A stretch of 23,710 nucleotides of DNA from a virus (IMGVR_UViG_2851949629_000009:1-23710), one strand, 5' to 3'. Shown: positions 1-8,929, numbered from the stretch's first letter. Numbers and translations are program-made. Notes: a model not told the origin generated them from the sequence alone.

Positions 1-369
1 TCACCCGCGATTAACCAACAGCCAGACCAGCAGACACGCCACCACCGGCACAGCAAAATCCATCAGACTTGCCACATCCCACGCGCGTGGGTCAAAACCG
101 CCCCGCCACGGCATATTCATACGCTTGCCATGCCCGAACATTTCAATCCAGCGATATTATGCCTGGGGTGTTCAAGCGCAATGAAGTACGTATTGTATCT
201 TCGCGATTTTTTATAGGCTAATTGACGCGCAATTCTGAGCGGGGAGCGCACAATCAAACAGCACAGAATGGATCGCTGATATGTAAGCGTAAACCGACTG
301 CCGTATGTAGCCATTAAGCCAGTATTGGTAACGTAGGTGCCCACCTTTTCAAACTAGTGGACGCCTGTT

Positions 370-795
370 ATGGAGCAAAAAACATTATCCGCAGAACCCC
401 GCAGATCATTTTCAAATAATTTTAAACTTCAAATGGTTAAACTGGCTTTGCAACCAGGAGCCTCTGTTGCCCGTATCGCCCGGGAACACGATATCAATGA
501 TAACCTCCTGTTCAAATGGCTCAGGCTCTGGCAGAACGAAGGGCGTGTTTCGCGGCGTCTTCCGGTAACGACCTCTTCTGACACTGGCGTTGAATTATTA
601 CCTGTAGAAATAACGCCGGATGAGCAGAAAGAACCTGTGGTGGCCATTGCGCCATCTTTATCCACTACCACTCAGACCAGAGTCAGTGCCAGCTCCTGCA
701 AGGTGGAATTCCGTCACGGTAACATGACGCTGGAAAATCCATCGCCAGAGCTGCTCACGGTGTTGATCCGTGAACTGACCGGGAGGGGAAGATGA
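370..795 (+). CDS. tnpA: IS66-family accessory protein OrfA (TnpA)
   Basis: 141-aa ORF, first gene of the element; C-terminus identical to orfA of copy 2 (LENPSPELLTVLIRELTGRGR); 4-bp overlap with orfB. Confidence 0.8.
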   Translation: MEQKTLSAEPRRSFSNNFKLQMVKLALQPGASVARIAREHDINDNLLFKWLRLWQNEGRVSRRLPVTTSSDTGVELLPVEITPDEQKEPVVAIAPSLSTTTQTRVSASSCKVEFRHGNMTLENPSPELLTVLIRELTGRGR

Positions 796-1142
796 TCTCA
801 CTCCCATCAGGTACCCGTATCTGGCTCGTTGCCGGCGTTACCGATATGCGTAAATCCTTCAACGGACTGGGAGAACAGGTACAACATGTGCTGAATGATA
901 ATCCCTTCTCCGGTCACCTGTTTATCTTCCGTGGCCGACGGGGTGACACCGTTAAAATTCTTTGGGCTGATGCTGATGGTCTGTGCCTGTTCACCAAACG
1001 CCTGGAGGAAGGCCAGTTTATCTGGCCTGCGGTACGTGACGGCAAGGTATCCATTACCCGCTCGCAACTGGCAATGCTCCTCGATAAACTGGACTGGCGT
1101 CAGCCAAAAACATCCAGCCGTAACTCACTGACAATGTTGTAA
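792..1142 (+). CDS. tnpB: IS66-family OrfB (TnpB)
   Basis: 116-aa ORF nearly identical to the copy-2 homologue; position between orfA and orfC. Confidence 0.85.
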   Translation: MISLPSGTRIWLVAGVTDMRKSFNGLGEQVQHVLNDNPFSGHLFIFRGRRGDTVKILWADADGLCLFTKRLEEGQFIWPAVRDGKVSITRSQLAMLLDKLDWRQPKTSSRNSLTML

Positions 1143-1172
1143 AAAACTCCTGACCGCATTATAAAAACGGTC

Positions 1173-2786
1173 ATGAGTCAGAAATACCTCATTCGCATCG
1201 CAGAGCTGGAAAGGTTGCTCTCTGAGCAGGCTGAAGCCCTCCGTCAGAAAGACCAGCAACTGAGTCTGGTTGAAGAGACGGAAGCCTTCCTGCGCTCTGC
1301 ACTGACACGTGCCGAAGAAAAGATCGAAGAAGATGAACGGGAAATAGAACATCTGCGGGCTCAGATAGAAAAACTGCGCCGGATGCTGTTCGGTACCCGT
1401 TCTGAAAAACTGCGTCGTGAAGTTGAACTGGCTGAGGCTCTGCTGAAACAACGTGAACAGGACAGCGATCGTTACAGTGGGCGGGAAGACGATCCTCAGG
1501 TTCCCCGCCAGTTGCGACAGTCGCGCCATCGTCGTCCGTTACCGGCACACCTTCCCCGTGAAATACACCGCCTGGAGCCAGAAGAAAGCTGTTGCCCGGA
1601 GTGTGGCGGTGAGCTGGATTATCTGGGGGAAGTCAGCGCTGAACAGCTGGAACTGGTGAGCAGTGCCCTGAAAGTGATCCGCACAGAACGGGTAAAAAAA
1701 GCCTGTACAAAATGTGACTGTATTGTTGAAGCACCGGCGCCGTCCCGCCCGATAGAGCGTGGTATCGCGGGCCCCGGATTACTTGCCCGCGTGTTCACGG
1801 GAAAATACTGCGAACATCTGCCACTGTATCGTCAGAGTGAAATCTTTGCCCGCCAGGGTGTCGAACTGAGCCGGGCCTTACTCTCCAACTGGGTTGACGC
1901 GTGCTGCCAGTTAATGACACCGGTGAATGATGCCCTGTACCGTTATGTAATGAACACCCGCAAGGTTCACACTGATGACACACCGGTAAAGGTACTGGCA
2001 CCGGGTCAGAAAAAGGCGAAAACAGGGCGTATCTGGACGTATGTCCGGGATGATCGCAATGTGGGTTCGTCATCTCCTCCAGCGGTCTGGTTCGCGTACT
2101 CGCCGAACCGGCAGGGGAAACACCCGGAGCAACACCTCCGCCCCTTCCGGGGTATCCTGCAGGCGGATGCGTTCACAGGTTACGACAGGTTGTTCAGTGC
2201 AGAACGTGAAGGTGGTGCACTGACAGAAGTTGCGTGCTGGGCCCATGCCCGGCGAAAAATCCACGATGTATACATCAGCAGCAAAAGTGCGACGGCAGAA
2301 GAAGCCCTGAAGCGAATCAGTGAACTGTACGCCATTGAGCACGAAATACGCGGGTTGCCGGTGTCTGAACGCCTGGCGGTCAGGCAGCAGCGAAGCAAAG
2401 TGTTACTGACGTCGCTGCATGAATGGATGGTGGAGAAGAATGGTACGCTGTCGAAAAAATCCAGACTGGGCGAAGCGTTCAGCTATGTACTGAATCAGTG
2501 GGATGTCCTCTGTTATTACAGTGATGACGGTCTGGCGGAGGCGGATAATAATGCTGCGGAAAGAGCGCTTCGTGCAGTCTGTCTCGGAAAGAAAAACTTT
2601 ATGTTCTTTGGCAGCGATCACGGCGGCGAGCGTGGAGCACTGTTGTACGGGCTGATCGGCACCTGCCGTTTGAACGGTATCGATCCGGAAGCGTATCTGG
2701 GCCATATCCTGAGCGTACTGCCGGAATGGCCTTCCAACCGAGTTGATGAACTCCTGCCATGGAACGTAGTACTCACCAATAAATAA
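1173..2786 (+). CDS. tnpC: IS66-family transposase OrfC (TnpC)
   Basis: 537-aa ORF with N-terminal coiled coil and CxxC pairs (CPECGG, CTKCDC), typical of IS66 transposases; near-identical to 11641-13254 on the minus strand; stop abuts the right terminal repeat. Confidence 0.9.
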   Translation: MSQKYLIRIAELERLLSEQAEALRQKDQQLSLVEETEAFLRSALTRAEEKIEEDEREIEHLRAQIEKLRRMLFGTRSEKLRREVELAEALLKQREQDSDRYSGREDDPQVPRQLRQSRHRRPLPAHLPREIHRLEPEESCCPECGGELDYLGEVSAEQLELVSSALKVIRTERVKKACTKCDCIVEAPAPSRPIERGIAGPGLLARVFTGKYCEHLPLYRQSEIFARQGVELSRALLSNWVDACCQLMTPVNDALYRYVMNTRKVHTDDTPVKVLAPGQKKAKTGRIWTYVRDDRNVGSSSPPAVWFAYSPNRQGKHPEQHLRPFRGILQADAFTGYDRLFSAEREGGALTEVACWAHARRKIHDVYISSKSATAEEALKRISELYAIEHEIRGLPVSERLAVRQQRSKVLLTSLHEWMVEKNGTLSKKSRLGEAFSYVLNQWDVLCYYSDDGLAEADNNAAERALRAVCLGKKNFMFFGSDHGGERGALLYGLIGTCRLNGIDPEAYLGHILSVLPEWPSNRVDELLPWNVVLTNK

Positions 2787-2816
2787 GCGTCAATACGGTG
2801 CTCCGTTGACGCTTAC

Positions 2817-2885
2817 GGTTAACGGACTTGAACCGCTACCCATTCGCTTACAAGGCGACTGCTCTACCATTGGAGCCAAACCAGC
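2817..2885 (-). tRNA. tRNA-Thr(UGU)-like gene, 3'-truncated at the IS66 copy 1 boundary (likely pseudogene)
   Basis: Minus-strand sequence GCTGGTT-T-G-GCTC-CAATGGTA-GAGC-A-GTCGC-CTTGTAA-GCGAA-TGGGT-AGCGG-TTCAAGT-CCGTT-AACC folds as a cloverleaf: D-arm GCTC/GAGC with GG in loop, anticodon loop CTTGTAA (anticodon TGT), T-arm GGTTCAAGTCC. The acceptor 3' strand stops after AACC where the IS terminal GTAAGCG begins; no CCA end. Confidence 0.5.
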
Positions 2886-2890
2886 ATATT

Positions 2891-2965
2891 TGGCGGGACA
2901 GCGTGGACTCGAACCACGATAAGAAGGTTAACAGCCTTCCGTAATGACCTTTATACGACTGACCC
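2891..2965 (-). tRNA. tRNA-Asn(GUU)-like gene, 75 nt with encoded CCA
   Basis: Minus-strand sequence GGGTCAG..GAAGG-CTGTTAA-CCTTC..CGTGG-TTCGAGT-CCACG-CTGTCCC-G-CCA. Acceptor stem 6/7 pairs (one T-T mismatch), 5-bp anticodon stem, anticodon GTT, canonical T-arm. D-stem only 3 bp. Manual fold only. Confidence 0.5.
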
Positions 2966-2969
2966 AAAT

Positions 2970-3008
2970 AAAAAAAGCCACCGTTGCAACTTAAGAGTCA
3001 CTAACGGC
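2970..3008 (-). terminator. possible tR'-like terminator downstream of Q (weak hairpin plus T-run on minus strand)
   Basis: Minus strand reads CCGTT-17 nt-AACGG followed by TGGCTTTTTTTATTT. Stem is short and loop long, so the call is weak; position between Q and the tRNAs matches late-operon layouts of lambdoid phages. Confidence 0.3.
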
Positions 3009-3056
3009 AGCTTATGCCAATAGTGTTGCTCATTTGCTCAATGATGTCAACACGTT

Positions 3057-3545
3057 CTATGCTACATGTTTAATTTTCTCTACACGTTTCCGATTTTTAA
3101 ACGCACTATCCAGAACCGGGTAAATCATAAACAACGAGGCATTAAGGATTTCGTCAACTTCCCGTCGACAGGTTGCGAGCGATGGTTTTTGAATGCGCCC
3201 GCCGCCACGGCATAACATCTTGCGAGGTCTTGCGACGCGATGATAGTAAGATGCAATGGCGTGCTTGGAAGAGCCATGAGCGTAGTAGCTGAGGAGGATT
3301 CCAAAGGCTTTCTTGTCAATGTACATGACGGAATCGACGACCTGAGAAATCAACATTCCATCATCATCATTACACATTGGCCTTGTCATAACTCTTCCCG
3401 GCTCTACGCTCTCCATGAACTTCGCTATTACGCTGCTCATGCGCTTTTCCAGACGACCTGAATAAACCCATGCGCCCCACAGTTCAAGCCAGCCATTCAG
3501 CCACTCATGCTGTTCTTTGGTGAGGTTTAGTTCTCTTATGCCCAC
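3057..3545 (-). CDS. Q: late antitermination protein Q (non-lambda Q type)
   Basis: 162-aa ORF immediately downstream of ninI in the conserved nin-Q synteny; sequence is not lambda Q but resembles the Q family of phage 21-like and Stx phages as far as I recall. Confidence 0.65.
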   Translation of the reverse strand: MGIRELNLTKEQHEWLNGWLELWGAWVYSGRLEKRMSSVIAKFMESVEPGRVMTRPMCNDDDGMLISQVVDSVMYIDKKAFGILLSYYAHGSSKHAIASYYHRVARPRKMLCRGGGRIQKPSLATCRREVDEILNASLFMIYPVLDSAFKNRKRVEKIKHVA

Positions 3546-4207
3546 GCGCCTTCTCCCTGTACCTGAATCAATGTGAGATTTCCGCAGAACACTGCCCCAG
3601 TATCGATATACATCTGGTTGGCAAATTTGAGTGGTTTCACTGCTGGCGTATGACCAAAGATAAACGTGTCCGCGCCTTTAATTTCTTTAACGATCCCGTC
3701 TTGTGAGTTGCTGATTCGTTCGCGGTTCCAGATTACCTGCTGATGATCAACTGGCTTTCCAAACTCGTATTCGTCACAAGGATAATCGGCGTGGCAGATG
3801 ACGTATTTTTTATCTTTGCTCACCAGCTCGATGATTAACGAAAGTTCATCTGCTTTATGGGCAAGAGCTTTAGCCAGAATTTCTTTGTCGTAATCGAGAT
3901 TAAAGAACCAACCACCGCCATTAAGCAGCCAGTGATTAACGTTTCCACGCTCTGATAAGCCATCAATCATCATTTGCTCATGGTTTCCACGTACAGCTCT
4001 GAACCAGGGGAATGTGATTAATTCCAGGCACTCGACGTTCTCTGCACCACGATCAACCAAATCGCCAACCGAGATAAGCAGGTCTTTTTTGGTGTCGAAT
4101 CCAATTGTCTCCAGTTTTTTTATCAGGTTCGTGTAGCAACCGTGCAGGTCGCCAACTACCCAAATATTTCGGTATTTGCTGCCATCAATTCTTTCGTAAT
4201 AGCGCAT
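3536..4207 (-). CDS. ninI: NinI serine/threonine protein phosphatase (lambda PPase-like)
   Basis: From internal start [25 protein letters not shown]; contains GDLHG, GDLVDRG and GNHE metallophosphatase motifs; near-identical to lambda NinI from memory. Confidence 0.9.
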   Translation of the reverse strand: MRYYERIDGSKYRNIWVVGDLHGCYTNLIKKLETIGFDTKKDLLISVGDLVDRGAENVECLELITFPWFRAVRGNHEQMMIDGLSERGNVNHWLLNGGGWFFNLDYDKEILAKALAHKADELSLIIELVSKDKKYVICHADYPCDEYEFGKPVDHQQVIWNRERISNSQDGIVKEIKGADTFIFGHTPAVKPLKFANQMYIDTGAVFCGNLTLIQVQGEGAWA

Positions 4208-4391
4208 CTCTTTCACTCCATCCGCGATGAACCATAAGAACGTCGTTGACGATGGCGTGCATTTTCCCGTCTTTATCATCAACGTATTTTCTGACCGTAC
4301 CGCGACTACATTTCAGTCTGCGCGCTACTTCTGTCTGGTTTCCGTATGCTTCAACGAGCATGTCTGGAATGGTTTTTACTGAGAACGTCAT
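4185..4391 (-). CDS. ninH: NinH
   Basis: 68-aa [36 protein letters not shown]..., matches lambda NinH (HTH-like) from memory; synteny. Confidence 0.85.
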   Translation of the reverse strand: MTFSVKTIPDMLVEAYGNQTEVARRLKCSRGTVRKYVDDKDGKMHAIVNDVLMVHRGWSERDALLRKN

Positions 4392-4999
4392 GCGGCCTCA
4401 CTTCTGCTATTTCGCAGGTCTTTGAGTTTCTGTTGGTACTCTGCCTTGATCGCCTTGCACTCTTCGATAGTCCAGCGATGGCGGTTATGGTTTGATTCGA
4501 TTTCATCTACTGCTTCCTGCCCGATGCGGCTAATCAGTTCGACGCGATACGGAACGAGATTTCCGCTTTTGTGCTGGTTGCACACCACGCATTGCTTGTG
4601 AATATTGCGTTCATCAAATCGGAGTTGAGGTGCCGCAGCAGTTGTCCGGTAATGTCCGGCATCCCACTGAGCAGACGTGAGCGTTCCGCACGAGATACAT
4701 GGTAAGTCGCGGTCTCTTTCTCTGATGAAGGCGTTTACGGCTTGCTGGGCTTGTTTAATCCAGTAACTGCGGGGCTTTAAGGCAAGTTTTCGAATCTTCA
4801 GTTTATCTTTCTGCTTCTGATCCTCTCGTCGTCGTTTCTTCTCTGCTGCTTTTTCCGCTTTTTCGCGCTCTTTACTTCGTCGTTCGAGTGCTATCTTGGT
4901 TCCACACTCTGGAGAGCACCACCACTGATTAGCGAATGCAGGGTGAAACCATTCCCGACATTCATCGTTTTTACATCGTCTTCGCGCTGGTTTAGCCAT
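4388..4999 (-). CDS. ninG: NinG (Rap) recombination-associated endonuclease
   Basis: 203-aa [36 protein letters not shown]..., matches lambda NinG from memory; Cys-rich N-terminus. Confidence 0.9.
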   Translation of the reverse strand: MAKPARRRCKNDECREWFHPAFANQWWCSPECGTKIALERRSKEREKAEKAAEKKRRREDQKQKDKLKIRKLALKPRSYWIKQAQQAVNAFIRERDRDLPCISCGTLTSAQWDAGHYRTTAAAPQLRFDERNIHKQCVVCNQHKSGNLVPYRVELISRIGQEAVDEIESNHNRHRWTIEECKAIKAEYQQKLKDLRNSRSEAA

Positions 5000-5268
5000 T
5001 ATGGTTCGCTCCAGTAATTCTCAATTGCAGCAGCCATTCTTTGCATCCACTCTGCCAGCTTTAACGCGGCTTCTCTTTCAGAACCACATTTAGGGAAATC
5101 CTTCATTTCCATGCTGGCCTTATATGTTCTGAATGCCAGGTCTCCGGTAATAACCAGCTCCTGATCAAGCACAGAGCGTTTATTCCGGTGTTGAACGTAA
5201 TAGACAGATTCAGTCCGCATTTCTTCTCTGTCTTTTTTGAAGGAAATAAGCTCAGAGAAATCACTCAT
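4999..5268 (-). CDS. hypothetical protein inserted between ninF and ninG
   Basis: 89-aa ORF with start overlapping the ninF stop and stop overlapping the ninG start (translationally coupled chain); no lambda counterpart recognised. Confidence 0.5.
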   Translation of the reverse strand: MSDFSELISFKKDREEMRTESVYYVQHRNKRSVLDQELVITGDLAFRTYKASMEMKDFPKCGSEREAALKLAEWMQRMAAAIENYWSEP

Positions 5269-5437
5269 CGTCTTCTTCCTCGTACATTGAGCTATTCGGA
5301 TCGCTCATCAGTTCTGCGCAGCAATCGGCGCACACGTGAACTTCCAGCACATGCAGCTTCTGACCGCAGTTAGCGCACGTTAAAGCCCGCTCGACGCTTT
5401 CTTTCTGGTATTGAAGCGATTGGGATGGACTAAGCAT
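5261..5437 (-). CDS. ninF: NinF
   Basis: From internal start [36 protein letters not shown]...; matches lambda NinF from memory; CxxC pairs. Confidence 0.8.
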   Translation of the reverse strand: MLSPSQSLQYQKESVERALTCANCGQKLHVLEVHVCADCCAELMSDPNSSMYEEEDDE

Positions 5438-5837
5438 GGCTTTCACCATTAAAAAGTCGCTTGTAAGCATCAATGTCTCGTTTTGCTTCACCAAGCTTTC
5501 GTCTTAATTCCATGTTTTCTGATTCAAGCTTTTCCATGTCTTGCTGGTATCGATCGCGGTGTTCTTTCCATGCTTTTCGATACGCCTTCATGTATGTCGT
5601 ATTGGCCTTTCTCTTTGCCTGACGAACTGCGTGGTGGTTATTCACAAACCAGTCAGGGTCGTTAAATGCTGCTCTGGCGCATGTATACCAATAATTTGTT
5701 GCCTCCCTGTTTAGCCAATAAATACTGATAAATGGCAACTGTATCGACACCATTTTTCGTTGAGACTCTTTCTCGCCAAACATGTGCCCTTTTTTGATGC
5801 TAAGGCCAAATCCAGGTTGAATTAAAAGCATTGTCAT
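5430..5837 (-). CDS. hypothetical protein (nin-region insert, C-terminal coiled coil)
   Basis: ORF starting at ATG 5837 that overlaps the ninE stop in an ATGA arrangement; 135 aa; not recognised. Confidence 0.5.
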   Translation of the reverse strand: MTMLLIQPGFGLSIKKGHMFGEKESQRKMVSIQLPFISIYWLNREATNYWYTCARAAFNDPDWFVNNHHAVRQAKRKANTTYMKAYRKAWKEHRDRYQQDMEKLESENMELRRKLGEAKRDIDAYKRLFNGESHA

Positions 5838-6010
5838 TTCCTCGCACGATGTCTTAGCCACCGGATATCCCACAGGTGAGCCGTGTAGTTGAAGGTTTTT
5901 ACGTCAGATTCTTTTGGGATTGGCTTGCGTTTATTTCTGGAGCGTTTCGTTGGAAGGTATTTGCAGTTTTCGCAGATGATGTCGGTGATACTTCGTCGCT
6001 GTCGTCTCAT
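5834..6010 (-). CDS. ninE: NinE
   Basis: From internal start [58 protein letters not shown]; matches lambda NinE from memory. Confidence 0.8.
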   Translation of the reverse strand: MRRQRRSITDIICENCKYLPTKRSRNKRKPIPKESDVKTFNYTAHLWDIRWLRHRARK

Positions 6011-6534
6011 GCCGCCCTCCTGACGCCCTGCCCGATCGCCATCAATGCCGCTTTGGATACGGTAGTAAACATCCGTCGAGGACTGATGAACGGTCGCCAA
6101 ATCAGCAGCATGGAGCCTTTGCTGTTTCCCTTCTTCTCCAACCCCGTCGATGGTTCGATAAAATTAATCCGTCCATCAGTGATGATGCGAACTTCGTCAA
6201 CACTCTCCAGAGCCTTACTGAACCATCCTACAGACATATCCTCTGGCACAAGCATCACTACCGTCTGTCGCTGTTGTATGCACTGCTCAGCGGCTTTTTC
6301 CACCCACGGCCTGATATTGCTGTACGGTGGGTTATTCCAGATTGCACCGTGGCTTACCCACTCAGAATTGAGCGCGTCGTCGGCCTCAGTTAACCAGTGA
6401 GCGCACAGAGCATTTTTGTCGCTCGCTGCCGAATCCAGCCAGAATCCAAACTCAATATCCAGTGCATCAAAAAGCCAAAGCGGCGTTTGCCAGCAGTCCT
6501 TGTCGTGTGCTGGCGTATTTGATTTGATAGTCAT
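6007..6534 (-). CDS. phage DNA N6-adenine methyltransferase (Dam-like) in the ninC position
   Basis: ORF from ATG 6534 (ATGA overlap with ninB stop) contains the amino-methyltransferase motif NPPY ([10 protein letters not shown]); location between ninB and ninE where lambda carries ninC. Confidence 0.7.
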   Translation of the reverse strand: MTIKSNTPAHDKDCWQTPLWLFDALDIEFGFWLDSAASDKNALCAHWLTEADDALNSEWVSHGAIWNNPPYSNIRPWVEKAAEQCIQQRQTVVMLVPEDMSVGWFSKALESVDEVRIITDGRINFIEPSTGLEKKGNSKGSMLLIWRPFISPRRMFTTVSKAALMAIGQGVRRAA

Positions 6535-6971
6535 GCAGCCCGATCTCCCCATCGCGCTTTCCATTCGAGAGCTAGTCGCGCTTCGTCTGACCACTTAACG
6601 CCACGCTCTGTACCGAATGCCTGTATAAGCTCTAATAGCTCCGCAAATTCGCCTACACGCATCCTGCTGGTTGACTGGCCTATTACCACAAAGCCATTCC
6701 CGGCAAGGTTAGGAACAACATCCTGCTGCTTTAATGCTGCGGTAAACACACACTTCCAGCTTTCTGCATCCAGCCAGCGACCATGCCATTCAACCTGACG
6801 AGAGACGTCACCTAAGCAGGCCCATAGCTTCCTGTTTTGGTCTAAGCTGCGGTTGCGTTCCTGAATGGTTACTACGATTGGTTTGGTTGGGTCTGGAAGG
6901 ATTTGCTGTACTGCGTGAATAGCGTTCTGCTGATGTGCCGGAGATCGAATTTCAAAGGTTAGTTTTTTCAT
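6531..6971 (-). CDS. ninB: NinB (Orf-family recombination mediator)
   Basis: From internal start MKKLTFEIRSPAHQQNAIHAVQQILPDPTKPIVVTIQERNRSLDQNRKLW...; matches lambda NinB from memory; SD-like GGAG upstream of ATG 6971. Confidence 0.9.
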   Translation of the reverse strand: MKKLTFEIRSPAHQQNAIHAVQQILPDPTKPIVVTIQERNRSLDQNRKLWACLGDVSRQVEWHGRWLDAESWKCVFTAALKQQDVVPNLAGNGFVVIGQSTSRMRVGEFAELLELIQAFGTERGVKWSDEARLALEWKARWGDRAA

Positions 6972-6987
6972 GACTTCCCTCTCCCCC

Positions 6988-7019
6988 AAATAAAAAGGCC
7001 TGCGATTACCAGCAGGCCT
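6988..7019 (-). terminator. tR2-like rho-independent terminator between ren and ninB
   Basis: 8-bp GC-rich stem AGGCCTGC/GCAGGCCT with 8-nt loop, followed on the minus strand by TTTTTATTT. Confidence 0.6.
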
Positions 7020-7044
7020 GTGATTAGCTCAGTGATGTAGATGG

Positions 7045-7335
7045 TCATCTTTTAACTCCATATACCGCCAATACCCGTTTCATCGCGGCACTCTGGCGAC
7101 ACTCCTTAAAAATTAGGTTCGTGCTCATCTTTCCTTCCCGTTCTTCCTTGGTAGCAAACCGGTAATACACCGTTCGCCAGACCTTACCTTCGATAACCAG
7201 AAGACCTGCCCGTGCCATTTTAGCCGCGGCCTGATTTATGCTGGTTACTGTTGCGCCTGTTAGCGCGGCAACGTCCGGCGCACAGAAGCTATTATGCGTC
7301 CCCAGGTAATGAATAATTGCCTCTTTGCCCGTCAT
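7045..7335 (-). CDS. ren: Ren (Rex exclusion-escape protein)
   Basis: 96-aa ORF MTGKEAIIHYLGTHNSFCAPDVAALTGATV... matching lambda Ren from memory; immediately follows P. Confidence 0.85.
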   Translation of the reverse strand: MTGKEAIIHYLGTHNSFCAPDVAALTGATVTSINQAAAKMARAGLLVIEGKVWRTVYYRFATKEEREGKMSTNLIFKECRQSAAMKRVLAVYGVKR

Positions 7336-8033
7336 ACACTTGCTCCTTTCAGTCCGAACTTAGCTTTGATTTCTGCGATCTTCGCCAGAGCCTGTGCACG
7401 ATTTAGAGGTCTACCGCCCATGACAGGAAGTTGTTTTACTGGTTCAGGGATCGCCTCACCACGGTTAATTCTCGCAGTCATATGGACAAGCTCATCTGCG
7501 GCCTTACGGCGTAATTCCGCATCAGTAAGCGCATTGGCCCGCATGTTCTGATACAGGTTGGTAACCAGCCAGTAGTGCGCGTTTGATTTCCACGGATAAG
7601 ACTCCGCATCCGGATACAGGCCTCGCTTCCGGCAATACTCGTAAACCATATCAACCAGCTCGCTGACGTTTGGCAGTCCGGCGATAACGGATGCTTCTTC
7701 CCGGCACCATGCAACAAACTGCCCGGGTGATGGCAGAAATGGTCGATTCTGCCGACGGGCTACGCGCATTCCTGCGTTAACCTGTTCCATTGTGGTGATC
7801 CCGTTTTCCCGGAAAGCCAGAACCCACTGGCGGCGGATTTCGTTCAGTTCGTTCTGGTCACGGTTAGCCAGACTCGCCGGGAAAGTTGCCAGTAACTGGC
7901 TGAACACACCGTTGATGATCTGCGCTACCTGCTGTACCTGCGGCTTTTCGTCGTACTGTTCCGGCATGTTGTTGGCGATCCGACGCATCTGCTCACGGTC
8001 AAAGTTAACCATCTGTGCGGCGATGTTTTTCAT
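7332..8033 (-). CDS. P: replication protein P (DnaB helicase loader)
   Basis: 233-aa ORF MKNIAAQMVNFDREQMRRIANNMPEQYDEKPQVQQVAQIINGVF... matching lambda P from memory; ATGA overlap with O. Confidence 0.9.
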   Translation of the reverse strand: MKNIAAQMVNFDREQMRRIANNMPEQYDEKPQVQQVAQIINGVFSQLLATFPASLANRDQNELNEIRRQWVLAFRENGITTMEQVNAGMRVARRQNRPFLPSPGQFVAWCREEASVIAGLPNVSELVDMVYEYCRKRGLYPDAESYPWKSNAHYWLVTNLYQNMRANALTDAELRRKAADELVHMTARINRGEAIPEPVKQLPVMGGRPLNRAQALAKIAEIKAKFGLKGASV

Positions 8034-8929
8034 AGATCCACCCCGTAAATCCAGTCTGTGTTTGTCAGGTCGAGTTTTGGTTTGCTGGCTGTCACGACTG
8101 CCTGTTGCTTGTTACGGTTGATTTCGAGCTGGGTCCACTTGTCGCGGAGTTTGGCCGGGCTAAGCACGTTACCGGACCAGAAGTTGTCCTGGCATGCCCA
8201 GCGGAACAGCACGCACATGTCGCGGTGGTTACGTCCGTCACGTTCACGCATCAGGCGGATATCGTTAGCCCACCCAGCAAAATTCGGTTTTCTGGCTGAT
8301 GGTGCGATAGTCTTCACCATGTCAAACATCCACTCTGCGGCGGTCAGGTCTTCTGCTGTCCCCCACTTGCTGCCGCTCTGAATTGCAGCATCCGGTTTCA
8401 CCACAGAAAGGTCGTTTTCTGGCTGGTCAGAGGATTCGCCAGAATTCTCTGACGAATAATCTTTTCTTTTTTCTTTTGTAATAGTGTCTTTTGTGTCCCC
8501 CTGTTTTGAGGGATAGCAATCCCCCAATTTGAGGGATGTTTTATCCCTCGTTTTAAGGGATTTTCCCTCGTTTTGAGGGATGCACCATTCTGAGATGTTT
8601 TTATTTGGTCCAAACATGCCGCATTGCTGCTTGATAATATTCATTCTGACGAGTTCTAACTTGGCTTCATTGCACCGTTTGACGGGTAACTTTGTAATCT
8701 CGCTAAGTTGAGAATCGGTGATTCTGTCCATTGGTTTATTCCACCCATAGGTTTTACGCAGAATGGCAAGCAGCACTTTAAACTGTCGCTTGGTCAGATC
8801 TGCGCCTGAATAAGCCTCAAGCAGCATATTTGATAGTCTGGCGTAACCATCATCGAGATCTGCCACATTACGCTCCTGTTTGGCAAAGTTACCTCTGCAG
8901 AAGTTGAGTATTTTTGCTGTATTTGTCAT
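8030..8929 (-). CDS. O: replication initiator O
   Basis: 299-aa ORF MTNTAKILNFCRGNFAKQERNVADLDDGYARL... matching lambda O from memory; contains the origin iterons internally. Confidence 0.9.
   Translation of the reverse strand: MTNTAKILNFCRGNFAKQERNVADLDDGYARLSNMLLEAYSGADLTKRQFKVLLAILRKTYGWNKPMDRITDSQLSEITKLPVKRCNEAKLELVRMNIIKQQCGMFGPNKNISEWCIPQNEGKSLKTRDKTSLKLGDCYPSKQGDTKDTITKEKRKDYSSENSGESSDQPENDLSVVKPDAAIQSGSKWGTAEDLTAAEWMFDMVKTIAPSARKPNFAGWANDIRLMRERDGRNHRDMCVLFRWACQDNFWSGNVLSPAKLRDKWTQLEINRNKQQAVVTASKPKLDLTNTDWIYGVDL
8496..8580. repeat. ori-lambda-type origin: four ~17-18 bp iterons inside O, flanked by an AT-rich stretch (8457-8495)
   Basis: Four direct repeats of TCCCnnnnTTTGAGGGA-type at 8496-8513, 8520-8536, 8544-8560 and 8564-8580; adjacent T-rich run CTTTTCTTTTTTCTTTTG. 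Confidence 0.8.

Larger units (their letters stand above)
283..2816 (+). mobile_element. IS66-family insertion sequence, copy 1 (orfA-orfB-orfC), no flanking target-site duplication
   Basis: Ends are imperfect inverted repeats beginning GTAAGCG (283-305 vs reverse complement of 2787-2816). Three-gene organisation with ATGA overlap of orfA/orfB, typical of IS66 family. Flanks 275-282 GCTGATAT and 2817-2824 GGTTAACG do not match. Confidence 0.85.

Noticed and set aside
117..344. 75-aa ORF on the minus strand from the track
   Set aside because: It runs across the IS66 copy 1 left terminal repeat into flanking DNA and has no start signals; most likely a chance ORF spanning the insertion junction.
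1125..1548. Antisense ORFs inside IS66 copy 1 (1125-1529 and 1189-1548 on the minus strand, and similar ones in copy 2 such as 12898-13620 and 12324-12794 on the plus strand)
   Set aside because: They lie opposite the strongly supported tnpB/tnpC frames, their translations are low-complexity, and they recur as mirror images in both copies as expected for chance antisense frames in a GC-rich gene.
2817..3056. Shiga toxin or lysis genes immediately downstream of Q and the tRNAs
   Set aside because: No ORF of suitable size exists between Q and the IS; the region holds only the tRNA-like sequences and then IS66 copy 1, so any late cargo is absent from this window.
3001..3056. PR' late promoter and qut site just downstream of Q
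   Set aside because: A TTGACA hexamer is present on the minus strand, but I could not pair it with a convincing -10 element at proper spacing, so it is not reported as a feature.
7478..8121. Antisense ORFs within P and O (7478-7717 minus strand, 7792-8121 and 8058-8381 plus strand)
   Set aside because: They overlap genes confidently identified as lambda P and O, and their translations look non-protein-like.
8496..8580. Possible CRISPR-like repeat array
   Set aside because: The repeats are only about 18 bp, four copies, lie inside the O coding sequence and match the known ori-lambda iteron arrangement; there are no spacers of uniform length and no cas genes.
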